Positions 9,226 to 19,014 of a DNA stretch of 64,000 nucleotides are shown in pieces. The notes under the pieces were generated by a model. It saw nothing but the letters and a program-made list of their open reading frames with translations. It ran no database searches and was not told where the DNA came from. Numbering within the stretch: the first letter of the stretch is position 1; the number at the start of each line of letters is the position of its first letter. Origin of the DNA: an uncultured Gammaproteobacteria bacterium (GTDB lineage Bacteria; Patescibacteriota; Microgenomatia; JAMCZE01); the NCBI GenBank assembly GCA_964576435.1, contig CAZNUP010000001.1, forward strand, positions 378,259 through 442,258, read 5' to 3'. A program made the position numbers and the translations under genes.

Positions 9226-9801
9226 ATGCTCGAAGATCTCATAATTTCTAGGGTCCGGGTAAAACTGCTCCAGATCTTCCTCTCTGAACCCGGTCAAATG
9301 ATTCACGTAAGGGAACTTGTAAGAAGAAGCAAAGAGGAAATTAACGCAGTTAGGCGCGAACTTGCTCACATGGACAAAGCAGGTATGGTTTCCAAAGAAC
9401 ACCGGGCAAATAGACTCTATTACACCTTTAGGAAAGATTACCCTCTCTATTATGATCTGTTAGAGCTTATTACTAAAACTACTGGTTTGGGTGGAGGAAT
9501 CCTCAAAAATAAAAATAAACTAGGAAGAATAAAATTTGCCATGCTTTCTGGAAAGTTTGCAAGAAATATTCCAGGTTCCACAGAAAAGGTTGATCTTTTA
9601 ATTGTGGGAACTGTAGTTATTCCTGAAGTTGCTGCACTTGTTCGTGAAGAGGAAGTTCGAAGAGGTAGAGAAATTTTTTTCACTCCAATGACCGAAGAAG
9701 AATTTAGTTTTAGAAAAAAGAAAAAAGATCCTTTTATTCTTGGCATTCTTGAAGGTGGCAGAGTCATGGTTGTTGGTGACGAAGAAGAGATGATCTCCTA
9801 A
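9226..9801 (+). CDS. Putative winged-helix transcriptional regulator with uncharacterised C-terminal domain
   Basis: N-terminus 'SRVRVKLLQIFLSEPGQMIHVRELVRRSKEEINAVRRELAHMDKAGMV' is wHTH-like. The C-terminal domain is not recognised. Confidence 0.45.
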   Translation: MLEDLIISRVRVKLLQIFLSEPGQMIHVRELVRRSKEEINAVRRELAHMDKAGMVSKEHRANRLYYTFRKDYPLYYDLLELITKTTGLGGGILKNKNKLGRIKFAMLSGKFARNIPGSTEKVDLLIVGTVVIPEVAALVREEEVRRGREIFFTPMTEEEFSFRKKKKDPFILGILEGGRVMVVGDEEEMIS

Positions 9802-9805
9802 AACC

Positions 9806-9991
9806 ATGTCCAAAATTATCCAATCAGGAAATAGTCTTGCAGTAACGATCCCAAAAAAATTTGCCAAACAGTTGGGAGTTAAAAAAGGTGACAACATTAG
9901 ATTAAAAAAGTTACCTCACAAAGGTGAGCTAATAATTAGTTTTGATGGTCCAAAACAATTAATTTTGTCAGAAAACAAAGATGAAAAGTAG
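9806..9991 (+). CDS. AbrB/MazE/SpoVT-type swapped-hairpin DNA-binding protein (antitoxin-like)
   Basis: 'IQSGNSLAVTIPKKFAKQLGVKKGDNIRLKK' is the AbrB/MazE SpoVT_AbrB fold signature. 61 aa. Overlaps the secD start. Confidence 0.55.
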   Translation: MSKIIQSGNSLAVTIPKKFAKQLGVKKGDNIRLKKLPHKGELIISFDGPKQLILSENKDEK

Positions 9992-11249
9992 ATTTTTACT
10001 TTGGTTTATTATTTTAATAACAGCGCTAGCTGTGTTTATTGATTTACCAAAGCCAATTCCTCAAATTAATTTTCATAAAAATCTCAAAGAAGGCTTAGAT
10101 TTGGCAGGTGGTACAAGACTCGTCCTAAATGCCGACATGTCAAAAGTAAATTCTGCAGATAGAGATCAGGCTCTCGAGTCGCTTAAAGGGATTATTGAAA
10201 GAAGAGTTAATCTTTACGGAGTTTCTGAACCAGTTGTCCAAACTTCAAAATCTGGTGGTGATTACCGAGTAATAGTTGAACTTGCTGGTGTAACAGACAC
10301 TAATGAGGCATTAAAGCTTGTTGGGAAAACAGCCGATCTAACTTTTCGTGAGGAAGTAGATGCTTCCGAATCAGCCAAGGTTTCAACAGAGTCGGCAATA
10401 ATGTTCGGTCCGTTTCAAAGACTAACAAATTTAACTGGTCGAGATGTCAAAATTGCAAAACCAGCTTTTGATTCCAAATCTGGACAGGCGATTATTGATT
10501 TAACTTTCACCGATGAAGGTGCAGAAAAGTGGGCAGACATAACTACAAGAAATGTAGGAAGACGTATCGCAATCATGCTTGACGGCCAACCAATCATGGA
10601 TCCACCAACCGTCATGGGCCCAATTCCAAACGGTCAGACACAAATCAGTGGCAGATTTACAGCCGCCGAAACTAAGCAAATTTCAACTCTTTTAAATTCC
10701 GGAGCTCTTCCAGCCCCAGTTAAAGTCGTCGAGCAAAGAACAATTGGTGCAACACTTGGTAAAGAATCAATCGATCAAAGTATATTAGCTGGCATAATCG
10801 GTCTTTCAATCGTTGCAATCTTTATGATTGCTAATTATGGCCGTCTTGGTGTGTATGCCGATATGGCATTAGTAATCTATTCTCTTATCGTTCTTGCACT
10901 ATTCAAGTTAATTCCTGTAACTCTAACGTTAGCTGGGATTGCGGGTTTTATACTTTCTATTGGTATGGCAGTAGATGCAAACATATTGATTTTTGAGCGC
11001 ATGAAAGAAGAAATACGTTGGGGAAGAACGAGGAAAGCTGCTATTGAGGCTGGATTCTCACGGGCATTTCCCTCAATTAGAGATTCAAATATTAGTTCTT
11101 TAATAACCTGTGCAATTCTTTACTGGTTTGGCACAGGTGTAGTTCGTGGTTTTGCTCTAACCCTTGGAATTGGAATCATAGTCTCACTCTTTACAGCTGT
11201 AACAGTAACCAGGACTTTTCTAAGAGTTTTTGAAAGGAGCGACAAATGA
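9981..11249 (+). CDS. secD: Protein translocase subunit SecD
   Basis: N-terminal TM, large periplasmic domain, then C-terminal 6-TM RND-like core ('GVSEPVVQ', 'LDGQPIMDPPTVMGPI', 'ILSIGMAVDANILIFERMKEE'). Confidence 0.9.
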   Translation: MKSRFLLWFIILITALAVFIDLPKPIPQINFHKNLKEGLDLAGGTRLVLNADMSKVNSADRDQALESLKGIIERRVNLYGVSEPVVQTSKSGGDYRVIVELAGVTDTNEALKLVGKTADLTFREEVDASESAKVSTESAIMFGPFQRLTNLTGRDVKIAKPAFDSKSGQAIIDLTFTDEGAEKWADITTRNVGRRIAIMLDGQPIMDPPTVMGPIPNGQTQISGRFTAAETKQISTLLNSGALPAPVKVVEQRTIGATLGKESIDQSILAGIIGLSIVAIFMIANYGRLGVYADMALVIYSLIVLALFKLIPVTLTLAGIAGFILSIGMAVDANILIFERMKEEIRWGRTRKAAIEAGFSRAFPSIRDSNISSLITCAILYWFGTGVVRGFALTLGIGIIVSLFTAVTVTRTFLRVFERSDK

Positions 11250-12082
11250 TGAATTTAATGAAATATAAAAATGTTTATTTCTTAATTTCACTAATTCTAA
11301 TTTTGCCAGGTCTCTATTTCTTGGCCCGGTATGGATTAAAGCTTTCAATTGATTTTACAGGGGGAAGTGTCATTGAAGTTTCTGAAAAAATAAAAGATCC
11401 AAAAATTGAAATCGTTTCAATTCAAAAAACTAGCAACGGAACATATATTTATAGAACAAAACCAATCGATACAAAAACTAAAGACGCAGTTTTTGGTAAA
11501 AAAGTAGAACGCTTTGAAACAGTAGGTCCTGTTATTGGTAAAGAGCTAACGATAAAAGCTCTTCAAGGAATTGCTTTAGCAAGTTTGGCAATAGTCCTTT
11601 ATATTGCCTACGCCTTTAGACAAATCCCAGCTCCCTATAAATCTTGGAAGTTTGGTGTAAGTGCGGTTGTTGCTCTTCTCCATGACGTCTTACTTGTTGT
11701 TGGAGTCTTTGCCATCTTGGGTCATTTCTGGGGAGTAGAAGTAGATGCACTTTTTGTAACAGCTCTTTTAACTATTATTGGCTTTAGTGTCCACGACACA
11801 ATCGTAGTTTTTGATAGGCTTCGAGAGAATCTAAGGAAAGATGGAAATAAAATGTCTTTTGAAGATGTTGCCAATGAGTCGTTACTTCAAACATTGGGTA
11901 GATCATTAACAACATCGTTAACTGTTCTGTTTACACTTTTGGCCTTAATCTTGTTTGGTGGTGAATCTATTAAGTGGTTCTGCGTAGCACTCTTTATTGG
12001 TGTCGCTAGTGGAACATATTCTTCTATATTCAATGCCACTCCACTTCTGGTAATTTGGGAAGAGAAGGAAAAGAAGAAATAA
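11246..12082 (+). CDS. secF: Protein translocase subunit SecF
   Basis: ATGA-coupled to secD. 'IDFTGGSVIEV' and the C-terminal 6-TM 'GFSVHDTIVVFDRLREN' motif are SecF-like. Confidence 0.9.
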   Translation: MMNLMKYKNVYFLISLILILPGLYFLARYGLKLSIDFTGGSVIEVSEKIKDPKIEIVSIQKTSNGTYIYRTKPIDTKTKDAVFGKKVERFETVGPVIGKELTIKALQGIALASLAIVLYIAYAFRQIPAPYKSWKFGVSAVVALLHDVLLVVGVFAILGHFWGVEVDALFVTALLTIIGFSVHDTIVVFDRLRENLRKDGNKMSFEDVANESLLQTLGRSLTTSLTVLFTLLALILFGGESIKWFCVALFIGVASGTYSSIFNATPLLVIWEEKEKKK

Positions 12083-12106
12083 ATTGTGCGAGTTGTAAAG
12101 ATATTT

Positions 12107-13420
12107 CTATTTGAATTTTTCAATCTGTCCCAATAAGTATTCTCGGTTATTTTTGGTTGGATCCTCAGATATATCAGTAAAAAGTTTATTCAAAACTTCT
12201 CCTACTTTTGGACCACCAGGGATATTTAAGACTTCCATTACATCTTTACCGTTTATTTTTAGATCTGTGACTGACGGGATATGTTTTTGAACTTCTATAA
12301 TTCTAGTCTTAAAATCTTCATGTCTCCAACTAGTTTTTTTTGATCCTGACCCGAGCCTATCAGCTGTTCTAAGATCTAAGATATCTGTTGTATTTTCTGC
12401 GCCAACTCGTCTAATAAATCTCCTTATAGCTGAATCAGATAAAAATTCTGATACGGAGAACATATGCCAGCGAACAAGCATCCAAATCTTCTCTCTTTGC
12501 TCCTTTGAAAAGTGTAGTCGTTCGGCAATGTCTCGGGCAATATTTGCTCCAACTAATTCGTGGTTATAAAAAGTAGCTTTTCCATTTCTTTCCCTGTAAG
12601 TTACAGGCTTTCCAATATCATGAACAAGTGTGGCAAACCTGACCACCCAATCTTTATTCTCACAAAACTGTAATGCTTTAACACTGTGAGTAAATACATC
12701 GTCAACATGGTGTGTTCCTTTTTGGTCAACTCCTTTCCCGGCAGTCAACTCAGGAAGAATATATTCCAAAATCCCAGCATTATCTAAAAGTCTTATTCCA
12801 TCCGCAGGATAGTCAGATGTTAAGATCTTAACAAGTTCATCTCTAATTCTTTCAGAGGAAATATTCTTTATAAGTGAGGCATTGTTCCAAATAGCTGCCC
12901 AGGTCTTTTCTTCGATCGTAAATCCAAGTTGTGTAGCAATTCTAATAGCCCTCATAAGTCTTAAAGCATCTTCCTGAAATCTCTTATCGGGATCACCAAC
13001 TGCTCTAATTAATTTATTTTTTAAATCCTCCTGGCCATTAAATGGGTCAATAATTTTTTGCCCATCTGTTGCCATTGCATTAATTGTGAAGTCTCGTCTT
13101 CCAAGATCTTCATCTAAAGTCTCTGCCCATTCGATTTTGTCTGGGTGTCTAAGGTCCGAATATTTACCCTCTTTTCTAAATGGAGTTATTTCAAAAATTT
13201 CAGGATCCATCTTCACTCCGACCGTGCCGTAGCTATTGTCATAAAAACTTTCGGGAAAGATTTCTTGAATTTTTTCTGGTGTTGCATTCGTTGTAAAATC
13301 CCAATCTTTAACAATCCGGTTCAAAAGAAGGTCACGAACTCCGCCTCCCACTGCAAAACATTGAAACCCTGCTTCTTGCACAGACTTCATAAAACTGGTA
13401 ACTTTGTCCGGTATCTCCAT
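12107..13420 (-). CDS. cca: CCA-adding enzyme / tRNA nucleotidyltransferase with HD domain
   Basis: 'GGGVRDLLL...DWDFTT' pol-beta head domain, plus an HD domain ('HDIGKP', 'HHVDDVFTHS'). Confidence 0.85.
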   Translation of the reverse strand: MEIPDKVTSFMKSVQEAGFQCFAVGGGVRDLLLNRIVKDWDFTTNATPEKIQEIFPESFYDNSYGTVGVKMDPEIFEITPFRKEGKYSDLRHPDKIEWAETLDEDLGRRDFTINAMATDGQKIIDPFNGQEDLKNKLIRAVGDPDKRFQEDALRLMRAIRIATQLGFTIEEKTWAAIWNNASLIKNISSERIRDELVKILTSDYPADGIRLLDNAGILEYILPELTAGKGVDQKGTHHVDDVFTHSVKALQFCENKDWVVRFATLVHDIGKPVTYRERNGKATFYNHELVGANIARDIAERLHFSKEQREKIWMLVRWHMFSVSEFLSDSAIRRFIRRVGAENTTDILDLRTADRLGSGSKKTSWRHEDFKTRIIEVQKHIPSVTDLKINGKDVMEVLNIPGGPKVGEVLNKLFTDISEDPTKNNREYLLGQIEKFK

Positions 13421-13434
13421 AGGAGAATTTTAGC

Positions 13435-14997
13435 ATGAAATGGAACATCCTATCAGAAAAATCAGATAACATTCTTGCTGTCTTATTAAAAAACCGAGGC
13501 ATTAAAGACAAGGAAGAATTTTTAAATCCAATTAATCCTTCGAACCTAACTCCAAAAGATGTAGGAATAGATTCAAAACAAGTAAAAAAAACTATAGACC
13601 GAATTAAAGAAGCTATTAAAAATCAGGAGTCAATTATTGTCTACGGAGACTATGATGCCGACGGGATGTGCTCAGCGGCAATTGTTTGGGAAACATTGGA
13701 AAAACTAGGAGCCAAGGCATTGCCATTTATTCCTCATAGAGAAAAAGACGGCTACGGTTTGTCTATTGAAGGTATAGATCAAGTTTCTGCAAGCTTAATA
13801 ATTTCAGTTGATTCAGGAATTGTTGCCCACGAAGCGGTTGATTATGCAAAATCCAAAAATATTGATGTCATAATATTGGACCATCACGAAAAACCAAAAG
13901 ATCTTCCAAAAGCTTTCGCCATAGTTCACACAACACAGCTCTGTGCAGCAGGAATTTCCTATATCTTTTGCAAAGAACTAGGTAATGAAGTTTTGGAACT
14001 TGCCGCTATAGCAACAGTTACAGATTTGATGCCATTAACAGGTGCAAATAGATCAATTGTTAAGTTTGGTCTCAAAGAGTTAAGTGCCACGGCGCGTCCT
14101 GGATTAAAAGCTTTATTTAGTGTTGCTGGAATTGACAAAGTTGGTACCTATGAAATTGGTTATATGATTGGTCCAAGGTTAAATGCCTCAGGAAGGATTG
14201 ACAGTGCTCTTCTAGGACTAAGGCTTTTATGTACAAGAGACGAGGAGAAAGCCCTTGGTTACGCAAAAGAGTTAGATCAAATCAATAAAAATCGGCAGCG
14301 CATGCTTGAAGAGCAAGTAAACCATGCATTGCTCCTAACTTTAACTAATACAGAAAAGATTATTGTGGTTGAAGACGAATCCTATCATCAAGGAGTAATT
14401 GGGCTGATAGCCGGAAAGCTAACTGAAAAGTACCATTTACCATCAATTGTTATAGCTAAAAACTCTGAGATCAGTAAAGCTTCTGCAAGATCTATTTCGA
14501 GTTTCAACATAATTGAAGCCATAAGAGAGACTGAAGATATATTAATTAATGCAGGTGGTCATCCAATGGCCGCTGGTTTCACTATTGAAACAACTCAGAT
14601 TGATAACTTTAGAAGAAGAATTATAAAAATTGCTTCTGAAAAAATCGACTCTGAAATGCTGGAAAAAGTTCTGCGTATTGATTGTGAGCTAAATTTGTCG
14701 GATTTAACCATGGACCTCTACACGGAGATTTCTCAAATGCAACCATTTGGGATAGGGAATCCGGAACCAGTTTTCGCTTCGGGTGTAACCATTCAAGATT
14801 TGAGAACTGTCGGAACTGAGGGTAAACATCTCAAGTTAAAAGCCGGAGGATTTGATTGCATAGCCTTTAATCAAGGAAAAAAAGCACAAGAATTGAAAAT
14901 AGGTAATAAAATAAACGTTGCCTATAATTTAGATTTAAATGTTTATAATGGCCGCTCAAACCTCCAGTTGAAAATTAAAGATATCGTGCTAGAATAA
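13435..14997 (+). CDS. recJ: Single-stranded-DNA-specific exonuclease RecJ (DHH/DHHA1)
   Basis: 'IVYGDYDADGMCSAAIV', 'ILDHHE', 'GGHPMAAGF' DHH/DHHA1 motifs, and the C-terminal OB-like region. Confidence 0.9.
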   Translation: MKWNILSEKSDNILAVLLKNRGIKDKEEFLNPINPSNLTPKDVGIDSKQVKKTIDRIKEAIKNQESIIVYGDYDADGMCSAAIVWETLEKLGAKALPFIPHREKDGYGLSIEGIDQVSASLIISVDSGIVAHEAVDYAKSKNIDVIILDHHEKPKDLPKAFAIVHTTQLCAAGISYIFCKELGNEVLELAAIATVTDLMPLTGANRSIVKFGLKELSATARPGLKALFSVAGIDKVGTYEIGYMIGPRLNASGRIDSALLGLRLLCTRDEEKALGYAKELDQINKNRQRMLEEQVNHALLLTLTNTEKIIVVEDESYHQGVIGLIAGKLTEKYHLPSIVIAKNSEISKASARSISSFNIIEAIRETEDILINAGGHPMAAGFTIETTQIDNFRRRIIKIASEKIDSEMLEKVLRIDCELNLSDLTMDLYTEISQMQPFGIGNPEPVFASGVTIQDLRTVGTEGKHLKLKAGGFDCIAFNQGKKAQELKIGNKINVAYNLDLNVYNGRSNLQLKIKDIVLE

Positions 14998-15039
14998 TTA
15001 AAGTAAAGCGTTGATGGCATAACAAAGCCGGAGCTTAAG

Positions 15040-15118
15040 TGAATATTTGAGAAGCAATCAAGGTGGTACCACGGAACTCTCCGTCCTTGTATACTAAATA
15101 AGTAAGGGCGGTTTTTTT
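15040..15118 (+). promoter_or_regulatory. T-box-like leader element (T-box sequence plus terminator/sequestrator hairpin) upstream of aspS
   Basis: 'AAUCAAGGUGGUACCACGG' (15056-15074) matches 15 of 19 positions of the T-box consensus AAUUAGGGUGGNACCGCGG, including the UGGN bulge. It is followed by the hairpin CCGUCCUUG...AGUAAGGGCGG (15081-15111), then a U7 tract that abuts the aspS ATG. Confidence 0.55.
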
Positions 15119-16540
15119 ATGCATATGGAAAGAACTCTAACCAAAGATACAATTAACAAAATAGGAGAAACAGTTATTCTAAAAGGCTGGGTGCAAACAC
15201 GCCGTGACCACGGAAAAATAGTCTTCATCGACTTAAGAGACAGATGGGGAGTCGTCCAGGTAGTGGCGACAGCGGATATTGCGGGGGCTGCAAACACAGA
15301 ATATGTTGTTGAAATAACAGGAAGAGTGAAAGAAAGACCAGAAAAACTTATCAACGCAAAGATAGAAACTGGAAAAATTGAACTCGAAGCAGAAAAGATA
15401 GAAGTACTCAGTAAAGCCGACACTATGCCATTTCCTATTGATACTGATGGTCTAGATATTGACGAAGAAGTTCGAATGAAGTATCGCTATCTAGATTTAA
15501 GACGCCCAAGAATGCGCAGAAATCTTGATTTGCGAAACAAAACAATTCGTAAGATGCGTCAATATTTGCTGGGTAAAGATTTCTGGGAAATTGAAACACC
15601 AATCATAACTAAAGCCACTCCAGAAGGAGCGAGAGATTTCCTTGTGCCCTCAAGAATGCACCCAGGTGAATTTTATGCGCTCCCCCAGTCGCCTCAGCAA
15701 TATAAACAACTTCTAATGGTTGCTGGAATTGAGCGGTATTTCCAAATTGCTAGGTGTTTCCGCGATGAAGATCCAAGAGCAGATAGAGCCTATGGTGAAT
15801 TCACTCAGCTTGACGTCGAAATGTCTTTCATCACCCAAGAGGAAATAAGGCGTCTTATAGAGGAGATGTATATAGAAATAGTTAAAGAAATATTTCCAGA
15901 CAAGTATATCAGCCAAGTTCCATTTCCGGTTCTAACTTATGAAGAAGCCATGAGTAAATATGGCAACGATAAGCCTGATCTACGCAAAGATAAAAATGAC
16001 CCAAATGAATTAGCATTTGGTTGGGTTGTTGATTTCCCACTATTTGAGTGGAAAGAAAAAGAAAATAGATGGGATGCAACTCATCATCCCTTTACAGCCC
16101 CCAAAAAGGAATTCATTGAAGGAATAATTAAAGCTAATCCAAAAGATAAAGACGAAAAGGTATTCCAGGAAGCTACAGCTGATCAATATGACTTTGTTTT
16201 AAATGGTTTTGAAATTGGTGGCGGAAGTATTCGAATAACAGATCCAGAACTTCAAACAAAGATATTTGAAATTTTAGGGCACACTAGAAAGCAAATTGAG
16301 GAAAAGTTTGGACACTTGATTAAAGCATTTACTTATGGCGTTCCTCCTCATGGTGGAATTGCTCCCGGTATTGATAGGTTTATCATGGCTGCACTTGGTG
16401 AGCCAAGTGTCAGAGAAGCAATGGCGTTTCCAGCTGGAGCGTCCGGTCATATTTCAGTGATGGAAGCCCCTTCTCCAGTTGAAGAAGAGCAGCTTTCTGA
16501 ACTAGGATTGAAAATCGCCCCAAAAAAGAAAAGTGAATGA
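15119..16540 (+). CDS. aspS: Aspartyl-tRNA synthetase, short archaeal/eukaryal-type (no GAD insertion), possibly non-discriminating
   Basis: N-terminal OB anticodon-binding domain and class II motifs ('FRDEDPRADR', 'GGGSIRI', 'GIDRFIMAA'). The 473-aa length matches the short AspRS type. Confidence 0.9.
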   Translation: MHMERTLTKDTINKIGETVILKGWVQTRRDHGKIVFIDLRDRWGVVQVVATADIAGAANTEYVVEITGRVKERPEKLINAKIETGKIELEAEKIEVLSKADTMPFPIDTDGLDIDEEVRMKYRYLDLRRPRMRRNLDLRNKTIRKMRQYLLGKDFWEIETPIITKATPEGARDFLVPSRMHPGEFYALPQSPQQYKQLLMVAGIERYFQIARCFRDEDPRADRAYGEFTQLDVEMSFITQEEIRRLIEEMYIEIVKEIFPDKYISQVPFPVLTYEEAMSKYGNDKPDLRKDKNDPNELAFGWVVDFPLFEWKEKENRWDATHHPFTAPKKEFIEGIIKANPKDKDEKVFQEATADQYDFVLNGFEIGGGSIRITDPELQTKIFEILGHTRKQIEEKFGHLIKAFTYGVPPHGGIAPGIDRFIMAALGEPSVREAMAFPAGASGHISVMEAPSPVEEEQLSELGLKIAPKKKSE

Positions 16541-17553
16541 AAAAGAAAAGTTCTGTCCACAAAAGAAAACGGCTTTATAAAAAAAGGCTAGCTTTGTTCT
16601 CTTCTTGGTCTAAAAAGAATTGGTATCGAATCATTACCGCGGTTGTCATCTCACTTTTTTTTCTACTCCTTCCTGGTGAAGGCTATTACGATAACCTAAG
16701 ATTAGAATATAAACCACCATTAGTAAGAGCAAGTGAATTCGACAATTTCACTCCTGCTCCTTATCCAGAAAGAGTTTATTTAGATTCCCTTCCCCAAACC
16801 ACAGCTGAAGCAATCATGATTAGAGATGTCGATTCCTTTGTCCCAATGTTTGAATTAAATCCAAACGCCAGATTAAAACCAGCTTCAATAACTAAGCTTA
16901 TGACAGCTCTTGTTGCTCTCGATTATTACGATCCAAACTCAACCATAACTGTAAAACGTCTTGCCCCGGTTGAGGCGGAAGCTGACATGGGACTAAAAGT
17001 AGGTGACACTATTTCCGTAAAGAATCTGATTTACGGACTTTTAATTCCATCCGGTGGTGATGCAGCCTATACGCTTGCAGACAATTATCCAGGTGGCATT
17101 GAAAATTTCGTAGAGGCCATGAATAAAAAAGCAGAAAGTCTCCATTTAACAAACACTCATTTCCAAAATCCTGCTGGTTTTGACCACCCAAACCAGTACA
17201 CAACAGCTAATGATTTATCTCTTCTGGCAGCAGAGGCTATTAAAAACGAAATGATTAGTAAAGCAGTATCAACAAGTGGTATAACCCTATTTGATGTAAC
17301 GGGTAAGAAAACTTATCCTCTTACTAACGTCAACCAACTACTGGGCAAAGTTGACGGTGTTGATGGTATAAAGACGGGTTTTACAGATGAGGCCGGCCAG
17401 TGTTTAATTACCTCAGTTTCCAGAGACGGTCACCGTGTAATTATTGTCCTTTTAAAATCTAATGATCGTTTTACAGAAAGTGCTCGACTTGCCGAATGGG
17501 TATTTAGAAACTTTAACTGGGTTAATTTAGGTCCTACTGGAAACGGAGTTTAG
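16537..17553 (+). CDS. D-alanyl-D-alanine carboxypeptidase (serine-type, peptidase S11 / PBP5-like)
   Basis: N-terminal TM. 'ASITKLMTALVAL' (SxxK), 'SGGD' (SxN-like) and 'KTGFT' (KTG) motifs. ATGA overlap with aspS. Confidence 0.8.
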   Translation: MKKKSSVHKRKRLYKKRLALFSSWSKKNWYRIITAVVISLFFLLLPGEGYYDNLRLEYKPPLVRASEFDNFTPAPYPERVYLDSLPQTTAEAIMIRDVDSFVPMFELNPNARLKPASITKLMTALVALDYYDPNSTITVKRLAPVEAEADMGLKVGDTISVKNLIYGLLIPSGGDAAYTLADNYPGGIENFVEAMNKKAESLHLTNTHFQNPAGFDHPNQYTTANDLSLLAAEAIKNEMISKAVSTSGITLFDVTGKKTYPLTNVNQLLGKVDGVDGIKTGFTDEAGQCLITSVSRDGHRVIIVLLKSNDRFTESARLAEWVFRNFNWVNLGPTGNGV

Positions 17554-18745
17554 TTCTAATTCCTGCAACATTTCTCTCTCTTTCAAATGCTGGAAGGACT
17601 GCCGCTCTAAAAACAGAATTCTCTCCAAACTTGTCATTCACAATATCCATTGAGCTGGTGATTTTCCCCGCACGTTGATCTTCTGGTAAAAGAGACTCTG
17701 TTAATAGGTTATTCTTTTTCAAATATGAAATACCAACTGACAACATTCGTACCACCGGAAATTCCTTTGGGAACATTTCTCTAGCTATTTCAAATATTTG
17801 AGAACCGTCATTAATGTAATGGGGAAGCATTTTTTGTTCCGAAACCCCAGTCATGGTAGGGAATCTAATATATAAACTGACAACTTTTCCAGAAAAATTG
17901 TCCGCTCTCATCCTTCTTGCCACCTTTTCGGATAATCTAAGAAGTATTGCCTCAACATAATGTTTGTCGTCAGTAGCCTTTTTAAGAGTTAGTGCGTGAG
18001 AATAAGATTTTGCTTCCTCTGCTTCAAAATCTGGGACAACTTTTGAATAGTCGATCCCAAAAGCCATATTATGTAGATGATTTCCCGAGACGTTTCCAAA
18101 TGCCGCAACTAAAATAGGTAGCGGGATTTTTCTAAGCTGATCAACATTATAGACACCAAGTGCATTTAGTCTTTTTAAAATTCTTCTGCCAATTCCACAA
18201 AAGTCCTCAAGTTTTGAAGATAAAAGCATGTAGTCTAAATTATTTTCATCTATTACAACTAACCCATCGGGTTTCTTCTTTTCAGAAGCAAGCTTTGCTA
18301 AGAATTTATTCTTCGCAATGCCAATTGAGCAGGTCATGTGTGTTCCAATTTCTTTTTTAATTTGTTCTTTAATTTCTAATGCAATTTTAGTTGTGTCTCC
18401 TTGTGTCTCTAAAAAAACTTCATCAATAGAAAAAACCTCGATAAGTGGAGAGTAATTTTTGAAAATCCTAATCAACCTTCCAGTTATGTCAATGTATTTA
18501 TTGGGATCTCCCCGTATAAAAATTAAGTTTGGGCATAACCGTTTTGCTTCAAAAGTATTCATTCCCGCTCTAACACCCAATGTCTTTGCTTCATAAGAAG
18601 CTGTGGCAACAACAGAGTGGATGCTTGGTCTGCCAGACACTGCAATTGGTTTTCCAACAAGTAGGGGATTCGCTTGTTGCTCAACCGTAGCAAAATACGA
18701 ATTCATGTCTATGTGCATTATTGCCATATCTTTTCGAGTTTCCAA
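17534..18745 (-). CDS. dinB: DNA polymerase IV (Y-family, DinB)
   Basis: 'IMHIDMNSYFATVE', 'SIDEVFLE', 'SIGIAKNKFLAKLAS' Y-family palm/finger motifs. Confidence 0.9.
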   Translation of the reverse strand: METRKDMAIMHIDMNSYFATVEQQANPLLVGKPIAVSGRPSIHSVVATASYEAKTLGVRAGMNTFEAKRLCPNLIFIRGDPNKYIDITGRLIRIFKNYSPLIEVFSIDEVFLETQGDTTKIALEIKEQIKKEIGTHMTCSIGIAKNKFLAKLASEKKKPDGLVVIDENNLDYMLLSSKLEDFCGIGRRILKRLNALGVYNVDQLRKIPLPILVAAFGNVSGNHLHNMAFGIDYSKVVPDFEAEEAKSYSHALTLKKATDDKHYVEAILLRLSEKVARRMRADNFSGKVVSLYIRFPTMTGVSEQKMLPHYINDGSQIFEIAREMFPKEFPVVRMLSVGISYLKKNNLLTESLLPEDQRAGKITSSMDIVNDKFGENSVFRAAVLPAFERERNVAGIRTKLRFQ

Positions 18746-18996
18746 ATAAGGTTAATATTGTCAAAGGAGAGTTCGTAGAAATTTCCAGAAGCCATTATAG
18801 AAAAGCAGAATAAAATATTATCGCCTCTTTTTTCTGTGTGTTCGAGATTAATGCTGTCAACTGAGTATTTTCTGCCTTTCCAAAGAAAAGAGCGGGGGAG
18901 AGCATGGCCATTTCGAAAAACAGCTGCCACAACAATCTGTTCTTTTATATCCTCATACATTAACCATAATATGACCGAATTTAAACCATAAGTCAA
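18718..18996 (-). CDS. Hypothetical small protein translationally overlapping the dinB start (possible polymerase accessory factor)
   Basis: 92-codon ORF whose end overlaps the dinB start by 28 nt on the same strand. No recognised domain. Confidence 0.4.
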   Translation of the reverse strand: MTYGLNSVILWLMYEDIKEQIVVAAVFRNGHALPRSFLWKGRKYSVDSINLEHTEKRGDNILFCFSIMASGNFYELSFDNINLIWKLEKIWQ

Positions 18997-19000
18997 TTGA

Positions 19001-19014
19001 TGTAAAATATATCA
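19001..19014 (+). promoter_or_regulatory. -10 hexamer (TGTAAAAT) 6 nt upstream of tsaE ATG: candidate leaderless promoter
   Basis: TTTAAA-17-TAAAAT-atatca-ATG(19015). Confidence 0.35.

Noticed and set aside
13145-13438. 97-aa + strand ORF inside the cca gene region
   Set aside because: It is antisense to a well-supported CCA-adding enzyme CDS and has no motifs.
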